Shown: piece after piece, positions 55,966-64,000 of the stretch
Numbering within the stretch: the first letter of the stretch is position 1
Layout of the letters: the number at the start of each line of letters is the position of its first letter
DNA from: Planctomycetaceae bacterium
Lineage (GTDB): Bacteria; Planctomycetota; Phycisphaerae; Sedimentisphaerales; UBA12454
Direction of reading: 5' to 3'
DNA length: 64,000 nucleotides
Assembly: GCA_021371795.1 (NCBI GenBank)
Contig: JAJFVK010000021.1
Coordinates: 125,467 to 189,466, forward strand
Notes under the pieces: generated by a model
The model's input: the letters and a program-made list of their open reading frames with translations, nothing else
The model's database searches: none
What the model was told of the DNA's origin: nothing
Made by a program: the position numbers and the translations under genes

Positions 55966-57288
55966 ATGACAGTAGTAAGTCAGCCCAAAATCGACATCTT
56001 AAGTGCTGAAAACATCACGATGGAAGATATTCTCGCCACAACAGATTTCGTAAACTCAAGTGAAAAAACCCGGTTGTCGTTTACCGAAAGAGCCGAGCAG
56101 GAAATTTCGAAGTCCGGCAAGAAAAATTATCTGGCTCTCGGTGCTGCGATGGCAGTGCTTGGCAAATACGCAAAGGCTGTTGAACTGCTGGAAAAGGCTG
56201 ACGAAAGCAAAGAGAAACATCTTGAGCTTGCGTTCTGTCTGCGAAAAATCTGCCAGTTTGACAAGGCAATCGAAGCGTTGGATAAAGCCGCAAAGGCTGG
56301 CGCAGACGCTTTGGCTGTCAATTGCGCAAAGGCATCTGTTTACCGTATTAAAGGCGATTTGGATGCCGCTGCAAAAATACTGAAGAACTGCGAAAATTTC
56401 CAGAAGGTAAGCGCGTTGTATCATTACACGCTCGCAAGACAACTCCAGGCCTGCGGCGAATACGACCTCGCGATTGAAAACTTTGAAGAGGCGACTGAAA
56501 TAAACCCGAATTATTCGAAGGCGCTGTTCCATCTGGCTTTCATTCTCGACCTTCGCGGCGAAGAAGAAGCAGCTCTTGACTATTATAAACAGCTTACTAA
56601 CAACGGCGCTCCTTATGTAAACGCTCTGCTGAATATGGCTGTGCTTTACGAAGATTCCAGCCAGTTCGACAAGGCGTTGTACGCGGTCAATCAGGTGCTC
56701 AAATATCATCCGAACAATCAGCGGGCAATCCTTTTCAAAAGAGACATCGACAGCTCAAAGACAATGTTCTACGATGAAGAGATTGAAAAGAACAAAGACC
56801 AGCAGACAAAGATTCTCGAAACTCCGATTTCAGATTTTGAACTGTCAGTTCGCAGCCGTAACTGTCTCAAGAAGATGAACATCAACTCAATCGGCGACCT
56901 GCTGAAAATCAGCGAGACAGAGCTGCTGGCATACAAAAACTTCGGCGAAACATCGCTTACAGAAATCAAAGCTATGCTCGAATCGAGAGGGTTAAGGCTC
57001 GGTATGGCAGCAGAAGGCAAATTCCCTGAAGATTTGTCTAAGATAGGATTTGAAGACGAAGGCGACGACGATCTCGACGATGAAATGCTTACAAAATCGG
57101 TAGAAGACTTCGGCCTTTCAGTTCGCGCCAAAAACTGCCTGTCGCAATTAAACATAAAAACTCTCGGCGAGCTGGTATCAAAAACAGAAGCCGAACTTAT
57201 GGGCGTAAAAAATTTCGGAGCAACGAGTCTTTCGGAAATAAGACAGATGCTCGACAGTCTTGGATTAGACCTTAGAAAAATAGAGTAA
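55966..57288 (+). CDS. TPR-repeat protein with two C-terminal RNA polymerase alpha-subunit CTD-like (HhH) domains
   Basis: 440 aa. TPR repeats at residues ~50-260. Two copies of an alphaCTD-like unit (FELSVRSRNCLKKMNINSIGDLL...FGETSLTEIK and FGLSVRAKNCLSQLNIKTLGELV...FGATSLSEIR). Confidence 0.7.
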   Translation: MTVVSQPKIDILSAENITMEDILATTDFVNSSEKTRLSFTERAEQEISKSGKKNYLALGAAMAVLGKYAKAVELLEKADESKEKHLELAFCLRKICQFDKAIEALDKAAKAGADALAVNCAKASVYRIKGDLDAAAKILKNCENFQKVSALYHYTLARQLQACGEYDLAIENFEEATEINPNYSKALFHLAFILDLRGEEEAALDYYKQLTNNGAPYVNALLNMAVLYEDSSQFDKALYAVNQVLKYHPNNQRAILFKRDIDSSKTMFYDEEIEKNKDQQTKILETPISDFELSVRSRNCLKKMNINSIGDLLKISETELLAYKNFGETSLTEIKAMLESRGLRLGMAAEGKFPEDLSKIGFEDEGDDDLDDEMLTKSVEDFGLSVRAKNCLSQLNIKTLGELVSKTEAELMGVKNFGATSLSEIRQMLDSLGLDLRKIE

Positions 57289-57295
57289 ACTACCC

Positions 57296-58561
57296 GTGAC
57301 GAAAAAATTAAAAAACAGGATGTTTAAGCATTACGTAATCAGCTTTGTAGCTATTGGGGTTTTTATTCTCGCGATTTGCTGCTATTCGCCCAGTGTCCCG
57401 ATATCGAATTTGAGTGCACAGACTCCGGAAATGTACGCTGTAAAGGTACTGCTCGATGACAGCGCACAGAAAATCAGCTTCAACGCTCGTGGCGATTACA
57501 GGGTTGTAGACCCGCAAACCATTTCTGTCATAAGTGAAATACACGCATCGAGTTTTGTCACTATCACCGTCGACAGCAACTGCATAAAGGTCGGCTTCAA
57601 AAAATACGACAGCAGGCATCTCATATTCCAGCCTGCTTCGGAAACGCCTTTCGCGATTAATAATAACGTGCCCTACCACGGCACTCTTGAACTTATCGTC
57701 AATCAGGATAACAAAACAATGCAGGTCATCAACGGCGTTTCGCTCGAAGACTACATCGCAGGCGTTGTCGCTTCTGAAATGCCCAGCTACTGGGAATCCG
57801 AAGCGTTAAAAACGCAGGCAATCGCCGCAAGAACTTATGTTTTGTATATCAAGTCGAAGTTCGGAAAAAATCGGCCGTGGGACGTAAAAGCAACACAGGC
57901 CAATCAGGTTTATAAAGGTATGCGTGCCGAAACAATGCGGACAAACGACGCGGTAACGAGCACTTCAGGAATGGTATTAAGCTGCCAGCAGGACACTGGC
58001 GACTGGGATATATTCCCCACTTATTACAGTTCCGTCTGCGGCGGCCACACAGAAAACAGCGTCAACGTTTTTGGCGACGAGTTTTTCCCGCTTCAGGGCG
58101 CTGATTGTCCATGGTGCAGATTCAACACCAAGCCGAGTTTATTTTACTGGCCGGACGTAACATTAGACAAACAGACAGTAACCAAAAATATTTTCGCTCG
58201 CTACCCAACGTTAAAGGAACTTGGCAGCATCGATAAAATCGAACCTGCCAAGAGCAGCACATATACCGGCGGATTGTCAAGAATCACCAGCGTCAGACTA
58301 ACCGGCTCAACAGGAAAAATCGGCTACCTTCGCGGCGAAGATATGAGATTAGCAATCGACCCGACAGGCTCGGCAATTCAAAGCACATGCTGCACGATAA
58401 TCACAATGAAGGATGAATATCTCTTCATCGCAGGCAAAGGTTTCGGCCACGGGGTCGGCCTCTGTCAATATGGCGCACGCGAAATGGCAAGACAGGGTAA
58501 AACATACAAGGAAATCCTCGACTTCTATTACCCCGGCAACAGAATCAAATTACTGTATTAA
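57296..58561 (+). CDS. SpoIID/LytB-domain protein (peptidoglycan-remodelling amidase enhancer)
   Basis: 421 aa. Signature GVVASEMPSYWESEALKTQAIAARTY, plus a signal anchor. Confidence 0.7.
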   Translation: MTKKLKNRMFKHYVISFVAIGVFILAICCYSPSVPISNLSAQTPEMYAVKVLLDDSAQKISFNARGDYRVVDPQTISVISEIHASSFVTITVDSNCIKVGFKKYDSRHLIFQPASETPFAINNNVPYHGTLELIVNQDNKTMQVINGVSLEDYIAGVVASEMPSYWESEALKTQAIAARTYVLYIKSKFGKNRPWDVKATQANQVYKGMRAETMRTNDAVTSTSGMVLSCQQDTGDWDIFPTYYSSVCGGHTENSVNVFGDEFFPLQGADCPWCRFNTKPSLFYWPDVTLDKQTVTKNIFARYPTLKELGSIDKIEPAKSSTYTGGLSRITSVRLTGSTGKIGYLRGEDMRLAIDPTGSAIQSTCCTIITMKDEYLFIAGKGFGHGVGLCQYGAREMARQGKTYKEILDFYYPGNRIKLLY

Positions 58562-58644
58562 TTTCGCCGAAGACGGTTCCGCAAATATTCAATCTTCAAT
58601 ATTAAATTCGCAGTGCGTTCACTGACATTGCGTAATTTTATTAT

Positions 58645-59865
58645 GTGGGGAATTTAGTAATGACACAAAACAGAAAGATGTCCTTTGGCCGTTTTGATTA
58701 CGCGGCGTTTACATCTTTTATCACGTATGCTTCAGGCTCTGTCGTCGTACCAATAGCGTTGGTCGCTCTGGCAGACGAACTCGGCTTCTCACTCAAGAGC
58801 GGCGGATTCTCCGCAGGCGGCGCTCTTCAGCTTGGCCGGTCGATTCCAATGGTGCTTGCGATGCTCGTTTGCGGTTTCGCCGCAGGCAGATGGGGCAAAC
58901 GCAAAACAATGGGATGGTCGATTATACTGATGGGCACAGGCATCGGCCTTTGCGCAATCGCCCCGCTTTACGGCATTTTATTTTTAGGTCTGATGATTGC
59001 CGGCATCGGCGAAGGCGTTATTGAAGGACTCGCAACGCCCTTCATTCAGGATTTGCACACCGACCAGCCCGGCCGGTATATCAACTTCACACATTCGTTC
59101 TGGTCTGTCGGCGTTCTGGCGACGGTTCTCATTTCCGGTGCACTGCTTTCGCTCGGCGTTTCATGGCGATTAATCATCGGCGCGGTTTCACTATCTGCAA
59201 TAATTCCCGCGTTACTGATGCTCTTGCACATCGGCAAAAAATATCCCGAACACACCGAGCCGATTCACTGGACAGTCGTGCGCAATCAGGCCGTTGAAAT
59301 TATCAAAACGCCGCGTTTTTGGTTTTTTTTCACTGCGATGTTCCTCGCAGGCGGCGGCGAATTTTGCCTTACGTTCTGGACGGCAAGTTACATCCAGTTA
59401 AACTTTTCCGCCTCGGCATGGGCAGCTGGAGCAGGCACTGCGTTTTTCGCCGCTGGTATGATTCTCGGCCGAACAGGCTGGGGATACCTGCTGCATCAAA
59501 GTCATTTGAAACAGTTGATAGTTTACTCCGCAATCGCCGGAACGGTTATTACACTTGCGTTTCCGATACTGACAAATCTTTGGCTGTTTTTTGTTTTACT
59601 GTTTTTTAGCGGTATCGCGTCCGCACCGTTTTGGCCGAGCGTGCAAAGCTACTGTGCCGATTGTATGCCGAAATCTGACACGACGATGTTATTTATTTTA
59701 TTGTCGTGTGCCGGCGTCCCCGGCTGCGGATTTTTCACCTGGCTGATGGGCTTCATCGGCAACCACAGCGCCAACGGCCTTGCAAATGCGTTTTATATCG
59801 TCCCGGCATGTTATATTTTATTAGCCGGAATCATTAGTTTATGCTGGAATATGAATAAAAAATAA
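58645..59865 (+). CDS. MFS transporter
   Basis: 406 aa. Twelve predicted TM helices and a GRWGKRK-like loop motif. Confidence 0.75.
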   Translation: MGNLVMTQNRKMSFGRFDYAAFTSFITYASGSVVVPIALVALADELGFSLKSGGFSAGGALQLGRSIPMVLAMLVCGFAAGRWGKRKTMGWSIILMGTGIGLCAIAPLYGILFLGLMIAGIGEGVIEGLATPFIQDLHTDQPGRYINFTHSFWSVGVLATVLISGALLSLGVSWRLIIGAVSLSAIIPALLMLLHIGKKYPEHTEPIHWTVVRNQAVEIIKTPRFWFFFTAMFLAGGGEFCLTFWTASYIQLNFSASAWAAGAGTAFFAAGMILGRTGWGYLLHQSHLKQLIVYSAIAGTVITLAFPILTNLWLFFVLLFFSGIASAPFWPSVQSYCADCMPKSDTTMLFILLSCAGVPGCGFFTWLMGFIGNHSANGLANAFYIVPACYILLAGIISLCWNMNKK

Positions 59866-59873
59866 TCTGTTAG

Positions 59874-59900
59874 CCCATCGATTTATTTGATGGGTTGTTT
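59874..59900 (+). terminator. Probable rho-independent terminator of the MFS transporter gene
   Basis: Hairpin cccatc-gatttattt-gatggg, followed by ttgttt. Confidence 0.4.
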
Positions 59901-60735
59901 AGCCGCTTTCGGCATTTTAATCCTCGATTCTCAGGCTTTAGCCTGCCAATTATTTGGCAGGTCGAGAAATCTTTAAAAACAGTAATTCCAAAAAATTGAT
60001 TTTTGATATTTTAATTCGTAGACGGGTTTAGCCAAAAATCCTTTCTATGACCAAGTTTACATAAGTTCTTGCGTGGCGAAAGTGTATAATTGGGTTGGTA
60101 TTGCCGATGTAATTAGTTGTCGATTTGCCGAATTTTGATGAAGTTTGTCTTGGCCATCTGCTTGGACAAAATGTACAAAAAACAACAGATTCCAGTGGAC
60201 GGTCACAGAACAAAAACAGCCATAACACGCATAACACATTATTGATGAAATCTCCAATACCCTCAAGGGGAGTCGAACCCGTCAAAGAAAATAGCCAAGC
60301 AATTACAAGTAAAGAAGTTATGAAAAATGAATCAATCGACTTGACCGATTGCTTGGCCGCTAAAAATCAGACTAATTTAAAGAAGGTAATTGAAGCATGG
60401 CCTAAGCTATCTGAGTATATTCAAAAGGCAATTTTAGCGTTGGTTGGGTAGCTTAGACTAATATAGCTAACGAGCCTGAATTATAAACAGCCAGCGCCTC
60501 CGGTTATGAGTTCCCAATTCACGTTTTATAAGTATTTAGCAATAAATGATTAATGATTGCACAATAAAGACTTATGTATCCTGGCCGTAGCTAAAAGTCA
60601 ACCGCACTCCAAAAATACATGGCAGTTGCAAATCAAAGACTTGGATTAATCCATTATAAATGCTTTGTATTAACTGAACTTTTTATTTTTGGCAAAATTA
60701 ATATAATGTGATAAAGTACTTGTTGTTTGTCATAA

Positions 60736-62331
60736 ATGCGTGTGAAGGTTCTAATGAAGGATTTTGATTTATCGCCTGTTGACCCATTACCTGGCATAAT
60801 GCAAAGTCTAATCAAATCAGATTTAACAAAAGCATTTGTTTCAGCTAACATTATTACCGCTATAGAAATTGACAGCTATGGTCGAACGGAAATAAAAGCA
60901 CAAACTTGGGATGAGTACTGGGATATCCGAGGCAATATACCAGAGGCAGATTCTTTCGTAAATTTCGAAAAGGCTCGAAATGAATATTTTCAATATAGTT
61001 TTAAGTCAGAATACATTAGAGAGTATTGCTTCAGATTTTTCACTTTATTGGTTAAATGGCTCAATCACCGAAAGGAATTCAAATCTAAAGAATTATTAAG
61101 TAAATTGCTGTCTTTAGAGAATTTTGTAATACGTTGGCACAACAAAGAGGCTGGGATGGCCGCAGGTACAACGAGTCATAGAAATCCCGCTTATCTTCTT
61201 TCCCGTTTAGGTAAAACAACTTTTAATGAAGACCCAAAATATTTACCATTGATCATGCTCAAGTGCTTATCCAGCAATAACCTCTTTTACCATTATCGTC
61301 AATACCGAATTTCTAACGAACCAAATTTTTCAATTTTTACATATCCTGCAGTAAACCTTAACAATAGAAATGAATCTTTCGCATTGATCGAATCCTTGAC
61401 ACAAGGATTTTCACAAAAGTCAGACCCAAGAAGCAAACAAAGAGCTCAACTTTTGGCAGAAACTGCAATACATCCATTTCTTAAATTTTCATTGGAGAAA
61501 GATAATGACAAAAAAGAAGTCAATATTGTTGATATAGGTAGTGGCAGCGGCATAATGCTTAAATATATTTGGGAATATATCTTGAGTAAAGATCCCAATG
61601 CCAAAGAAAATTGGTATTTGAATGGTTCCTTAATAGGCTTAAGAGTTCATAATCCTGCTCGTCATTTTTCTAAAGGCCAAATTAGAAAAAATATGGCATA
61701 CCTTGATTATCGACAGACGGACTACATTGATTGGATAAACAAACAGACTGAACCTTTTAAATTTGATGTTGCTTTAGTGTGTCGTCTGCTAAACAATATC
61801 AGTATATTCGACATCGAACATTCAGACGACGAAGGAATGTTGTGGCATATTTCAGGCCAACAGTATTCACCCGATATTATAGTTAGTAAAAAATATAATC
61901 CAGTTCATTGCCTAACTCCGGAAAAATATTGCCCTGAAAACCTTATCCATACTAATGGTCGAACCAGATTATCAGAAAATAGTTCTGCATATAGAGTACT
62001 GTCTTTAACAGACTACTACAAAGCAATAGCATTTTGTCTCGGCAGGGATATCAATGATGAATTGTTTTTTTATCCAGTCCGAAAATTTAATGAAAATTCT
62101 TTATTGAATTATACGGGCCAAAGCATTATTGGAAAATTATCAAGCATTTCCAAGCTAACTGTTATCGAAGATGTTGATCTCACAGCAAATTATTTATTCA
62201 AGCATATCCAAAATTATAGATTGGACATTGCCGCAACTACAATCAATTCTGATTCACAATATTCCTCTCAAGTCCTCGCAGTATGTAATAAAAAGTATGA
62301 AAATCTATTGCCGGGAGCTAAATTATGTTAA
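60736..62331 (+). CDS. Hypothetical large protein with a central class I SAM-methyltransferase-like motif
   Basis: 531 aa. VNIVDIGSGSGIMLKYI (motif I) and FDVALVCRLL (motif IV-like). The N-terminal ~260 aa are not recognised. AT-rich. Confidence 0.5.
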   Translation: MRVKVLMKDFDLSPVDPLPGIMQSLIKSDLTKAFVSANIITAIEIDSYGRTEIKAQTWDEYWDIRGNIPEADSFVNFEKARNEYFQYSFKSEYIREYCFRFFTLLVKWLNHRKEFKSKELLSKLLSLENFVIRWHNKEAGMAAGTTSHRNPAYLLSRLGKTTFNEDPKYLPLIMLKCLSSNNLFYHYRQYRISNEPNFSIFTYPAVNLNNRNESFALIESLTQGFSQKSDPRSKQRAQLLAETAIHPFLKFSLEKDNDKKEVNIVDIGSGSGIMLKYIWEYILSKDPNAKENWYLNGSLIGLRVHNPARHFSKGQIRKNMAYLDYRQTDYIDWINKQTEPFKFDVALVCRLLNNISIFDIEHSDDEGMLWHISGQQYSPDIIVSKKYNPVHCLTPEKYCPENLIHTNGRTRLSENSSAYRVLSLTDYYKAIAFCLGRDINDELFFYPVRKFNENSLLNYTGQSIIGKLSSISKLTVIEDVDLTANYLFKHIQNYRLDIAATTINSDSQYSSQVLAVCNKKYENLLPGAKLC

Positions 62332-63269
62332 AAGTAATTACAAAAGAACGCAAAACCAATTTTCTTACACCATCCGGTTTGCGATGTTTAGCAAATCTGC
62401 CTACAATAAATATTTCTGCCGGTTGTGCACACAATTGCGTTTATTGTTATAGCAAAGGATATTCAATTTATCCCGGCGATAATTTTATTGAAGTTTATGA
62501 AAATATGGCTGCAAGGATCGCTGATGAGATTAAACGGAATCGCAAGAAACCGGCAGCAATCTACTTCTGCCCTTCCTGTGACCCATTTCAATCATTGCCT
62601 CAAATTCAACAACTTACTTTTGAGGTTATGAAAATCATATTGGAGAACGATATTGGTGTGCAGTTTGTTACCAAAGGACACATATCTGAAGAAATCTTTG
62701 ATTTATTTAAAAAGCATAGTTCAAAAATAGCTGGCCAGATAGGATTAATCTCTGCTGATGAAAACATTTTAAGTGTATTTGAGCCTAATGCCGCACATAT
62801 ATCTCAGCGAATTAATCAACTCAAAAAATTAATAGAAATCGGAATTAAAATGTCCGTACGTTGCGACCCTATGCTATATGGCGTTACCGATTCCAATGAA
62901 CAGTTACAAAAATTATTTTCAATGATTGCTAATACAGGTTGTAAAGAAGCTGCCAGTAGCTTTCTTTTTCTAAGGCCTGCAATCACTGCCAGTCTCAAAA
63001 AAAATATTCACGATATATCACTATTAAATAAAGTCTTGGAACCTTTTTCAAAAACCGTTTCTCTACCAATCGGCACTAAAAATTCAACGGGGATTTTTTT
63101 GCCGGTAGCGATCAGAAAATCAGCATTTGAAAAGATTATTAAAATAGCAAACAGCTTTGGCATCAGTACACATATTTGCGGTTGCAAAAATTGTGACATT
63201 ACATCTGAAAGTTGTTATATCACACGCGAACGTAAAGATTATCAACCTCATCTTTTTAAAATCTCGTGA
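62325..63269 (+). CDS. Radical SAM protein, SPL/DNA-repair-photolyase-like (COG1533-type)
   Basis: 314 aa. SAGCAHNCVYCY (Cx3Cx2C followed by Y). The start overlaps the upstream gene by 7 nt. AT-rich. Confidence 0.6.
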   Translation: MLKVITKERKTNFLTPSGLRCLANLPTINISAGCAHNCVYCYSKGYSIYPGDNFIEVYENMAARIADEIKRNRKKPAAIYFCPSCDPFQSLPQIQQLTFEVMKIILENDIGVQFVTKGHISEEIFDLFKKHSSKIAGQIGLISADENILSVFEPNAAHISQRINQLKKLIEIGIKMSVRCDPMLYGVTDSNEQLQKLFSMIANTGCKEAASSFLFLRPAITASLKKNIHDISLLNKVLEPFSKTVSLPIGTKNSTGIFLPVAIRKSAFEKIIKIANSFGISTHICGCKNCDITSESCYITRERKDYQPHLFKIS

Positions 63270-63333
63270 TGAGCAAATATTTCATACACCTAACTATTTT
63301 ATATAAAATAACTTATAGTTCATTCCAACGAAA

Positions 63334-63885
63334 TTGTTTGAGTTAGATTTGCAGAAATGTTACGATTTTTCGACTATGAAACAAAAACTATGGCTCACAA
63401 TTATCACTTGTCTGGCGTATTGTATTGACAAAGAACTCTACAAGGCTATCGAATATCTTAAAGAGCAAGTGAGAGTTTTAAAGGAACTTCAGGAAAAAGA
63501 TAAACGTATCCTTCTGAATGATAACCAACGAATGCGATTAGCACGAAAAGCAAAAGAGCTAACCAGAAAGCTCCTTGAAGAAACATCCCTTCTCTTCTCA
63601 CCGGATACAATTCTCGGTTGGTATATAAAATTAATCGCGAAAAAGTACGATGGAAACACATACACTCATAAAAAAGTGGGCAGACCAAATACTTATATAC
63701 AGACTGTTCACTGGGTACTTAAACTAAAATCGGAGAACAACTCATGGGGCAGCCAGAAAATTTGCGATTGTTTACAGAATCTCGGTTTTGATATTTCCAG
63801 AACTACTGTAAGAAACATTCTGCTGGCAAATGGTTACGACCCGGAACCAAACAAAAAACGGCTCTTCCGGCAAATGAGTTGGTAG
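63334..63885 (+). mobile_element. Truncated transposase/integrase N-terminal HTH region (IS481/IS3-like rve family), no catalytic domain: probable IS remnant
   Basis: 183 aa. The segment GRPNTY...WGSQKICDCLQNLGFDISRTTVRNILLANG matches the conserved N-terminal HTH region of rve-family transposases. The ORF stops at a TAG with no DDE domain following. Confidence 0.45.
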
Positions 63886-63898
63886 GGTTGCAAAAAAA

Positions 63899-63960
63899 GG
63901 ACATAGCATTATTATAGGTGGAAAAAAATAAACCACCTATTGGAGTATAAAGCTATGTCC
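63899..63960 (+). promoter_or_regulatory. Nested double hairpin that occludes a Shine-Dalgarno sequence and an ATG
   Basis: Outer arms ggacatagc / gctatgtcc (the right arm contains the ATG at 63955). Inner arms ataggtgg / ccacctat (SD-like AGGTGG paired with anti-SD-like CCACCT). Confidence 0.4.
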
Positions 63961-64000
63961 ACAAGTCTGTTGTATCATACCTTTGGTATTCGTTCTGTGC
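63955..64000 (+). CDS. 5' end of an ORF running off the window (MSTSLLYHTFGIRSV...); possibly a transposase N-terminus
   Basis: ATG preceded by GGAG 9 nt upstream. Only 15 codons are visible; the ISL3-like resemblance is speculative. Confidence 0.25.
   Translation, partial: MSTSLLYHTFGIRSV

Noticed and set aside
60125-60451. ORF 60125-60451 (108 aa) in the AT-rich intergenic region
   Set aside because: No SD and low-complexity composition. It overlaps antisense ORFs of similar size. It could hide a real small gene, but there is no support from sequence alone.
63886-63906. Possible IS3-type programmed -1 frameshift at A AAA AAG (63893-63899) with a downstream stem-loop
   Set aside because: The upstream HTH ORF has already terminated at TAG 63883-63885, before the heptamer. 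The heptamer's zero frame is not the ORF frame. The downstream ATG is in the original frame but is separated by two TAG codons. The geometry does not fit an orfA-orfB fusion.

Overview
This 64 kb window looks like a chromosomal region of a Gram-negative environmental bacterium with GC near 50%. The gene content resembles PVC or Planctomycetota-type genomes, but the phylum is not established from sequence alone.

Most of the window is housekeeping or well-known genes:
- Translation, replication and biosynthesis: priA, aspS, trxA, coaD-queD, argH-thiL-tsaE, rpsO-pnp, hisI, ccsA and two tRNA-Pro genes (CGG and GGG).
- An mcsA-mcsB arginine-kinase pair.
- A GldA/GldF-GldG-type ABC export operon with a DUF4340 partner.
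- Four histidine kinases, an NtrC-type and an OmpR-type regulator, a receiver plus GAF-HD-GYP pair, and an ECF sigma factor with a vWA-type anti-sigma.

Three places differ from this core. They are AT-rich, have no recognisable or only unusual domains, and are the best candidates for something undescribed:
1. A two-gene minus-strand cassette at 4549-6118. It encodes a 352 aa C-terminally anchored protein and a 168 aa N-terminally anchored protein. It sits in a ~2.5 kb AT-rich block between priA and a histidine kinase.
2. A nine-gene plus-strand operon at 40979-51896. It starts with two large paralogous secreted TPR/Ig proteins. A very AT-rich three-gene insertion (DUF1648 membrane protein, ICMT-family methyltransferase, archaemetzincin-like zinc peptidase) sits between the histidine kinase and its OmpR regulator.
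3. An AT-rich island from about 59.9 kb to the window end. It carries a large methyltransferase-like protein and an SPL-type radical SAM protein next to a truncated rve-family transposase N-terminus. A nested hairpin there occludes the SD and start codon of the next gene.

Several short intergenic motif families also recur in the window: an ~75 bp REP-like palindromic element (two copies), 'aaggcactaag / ccgctYcgcttca', 'TTCCGYAAATMTTCAATCTTCA', and promoters beginning TTGCATAAATT. All coordinates are 1-based. No database searches were possible, so every call rests on motifs I could recognise by eye.
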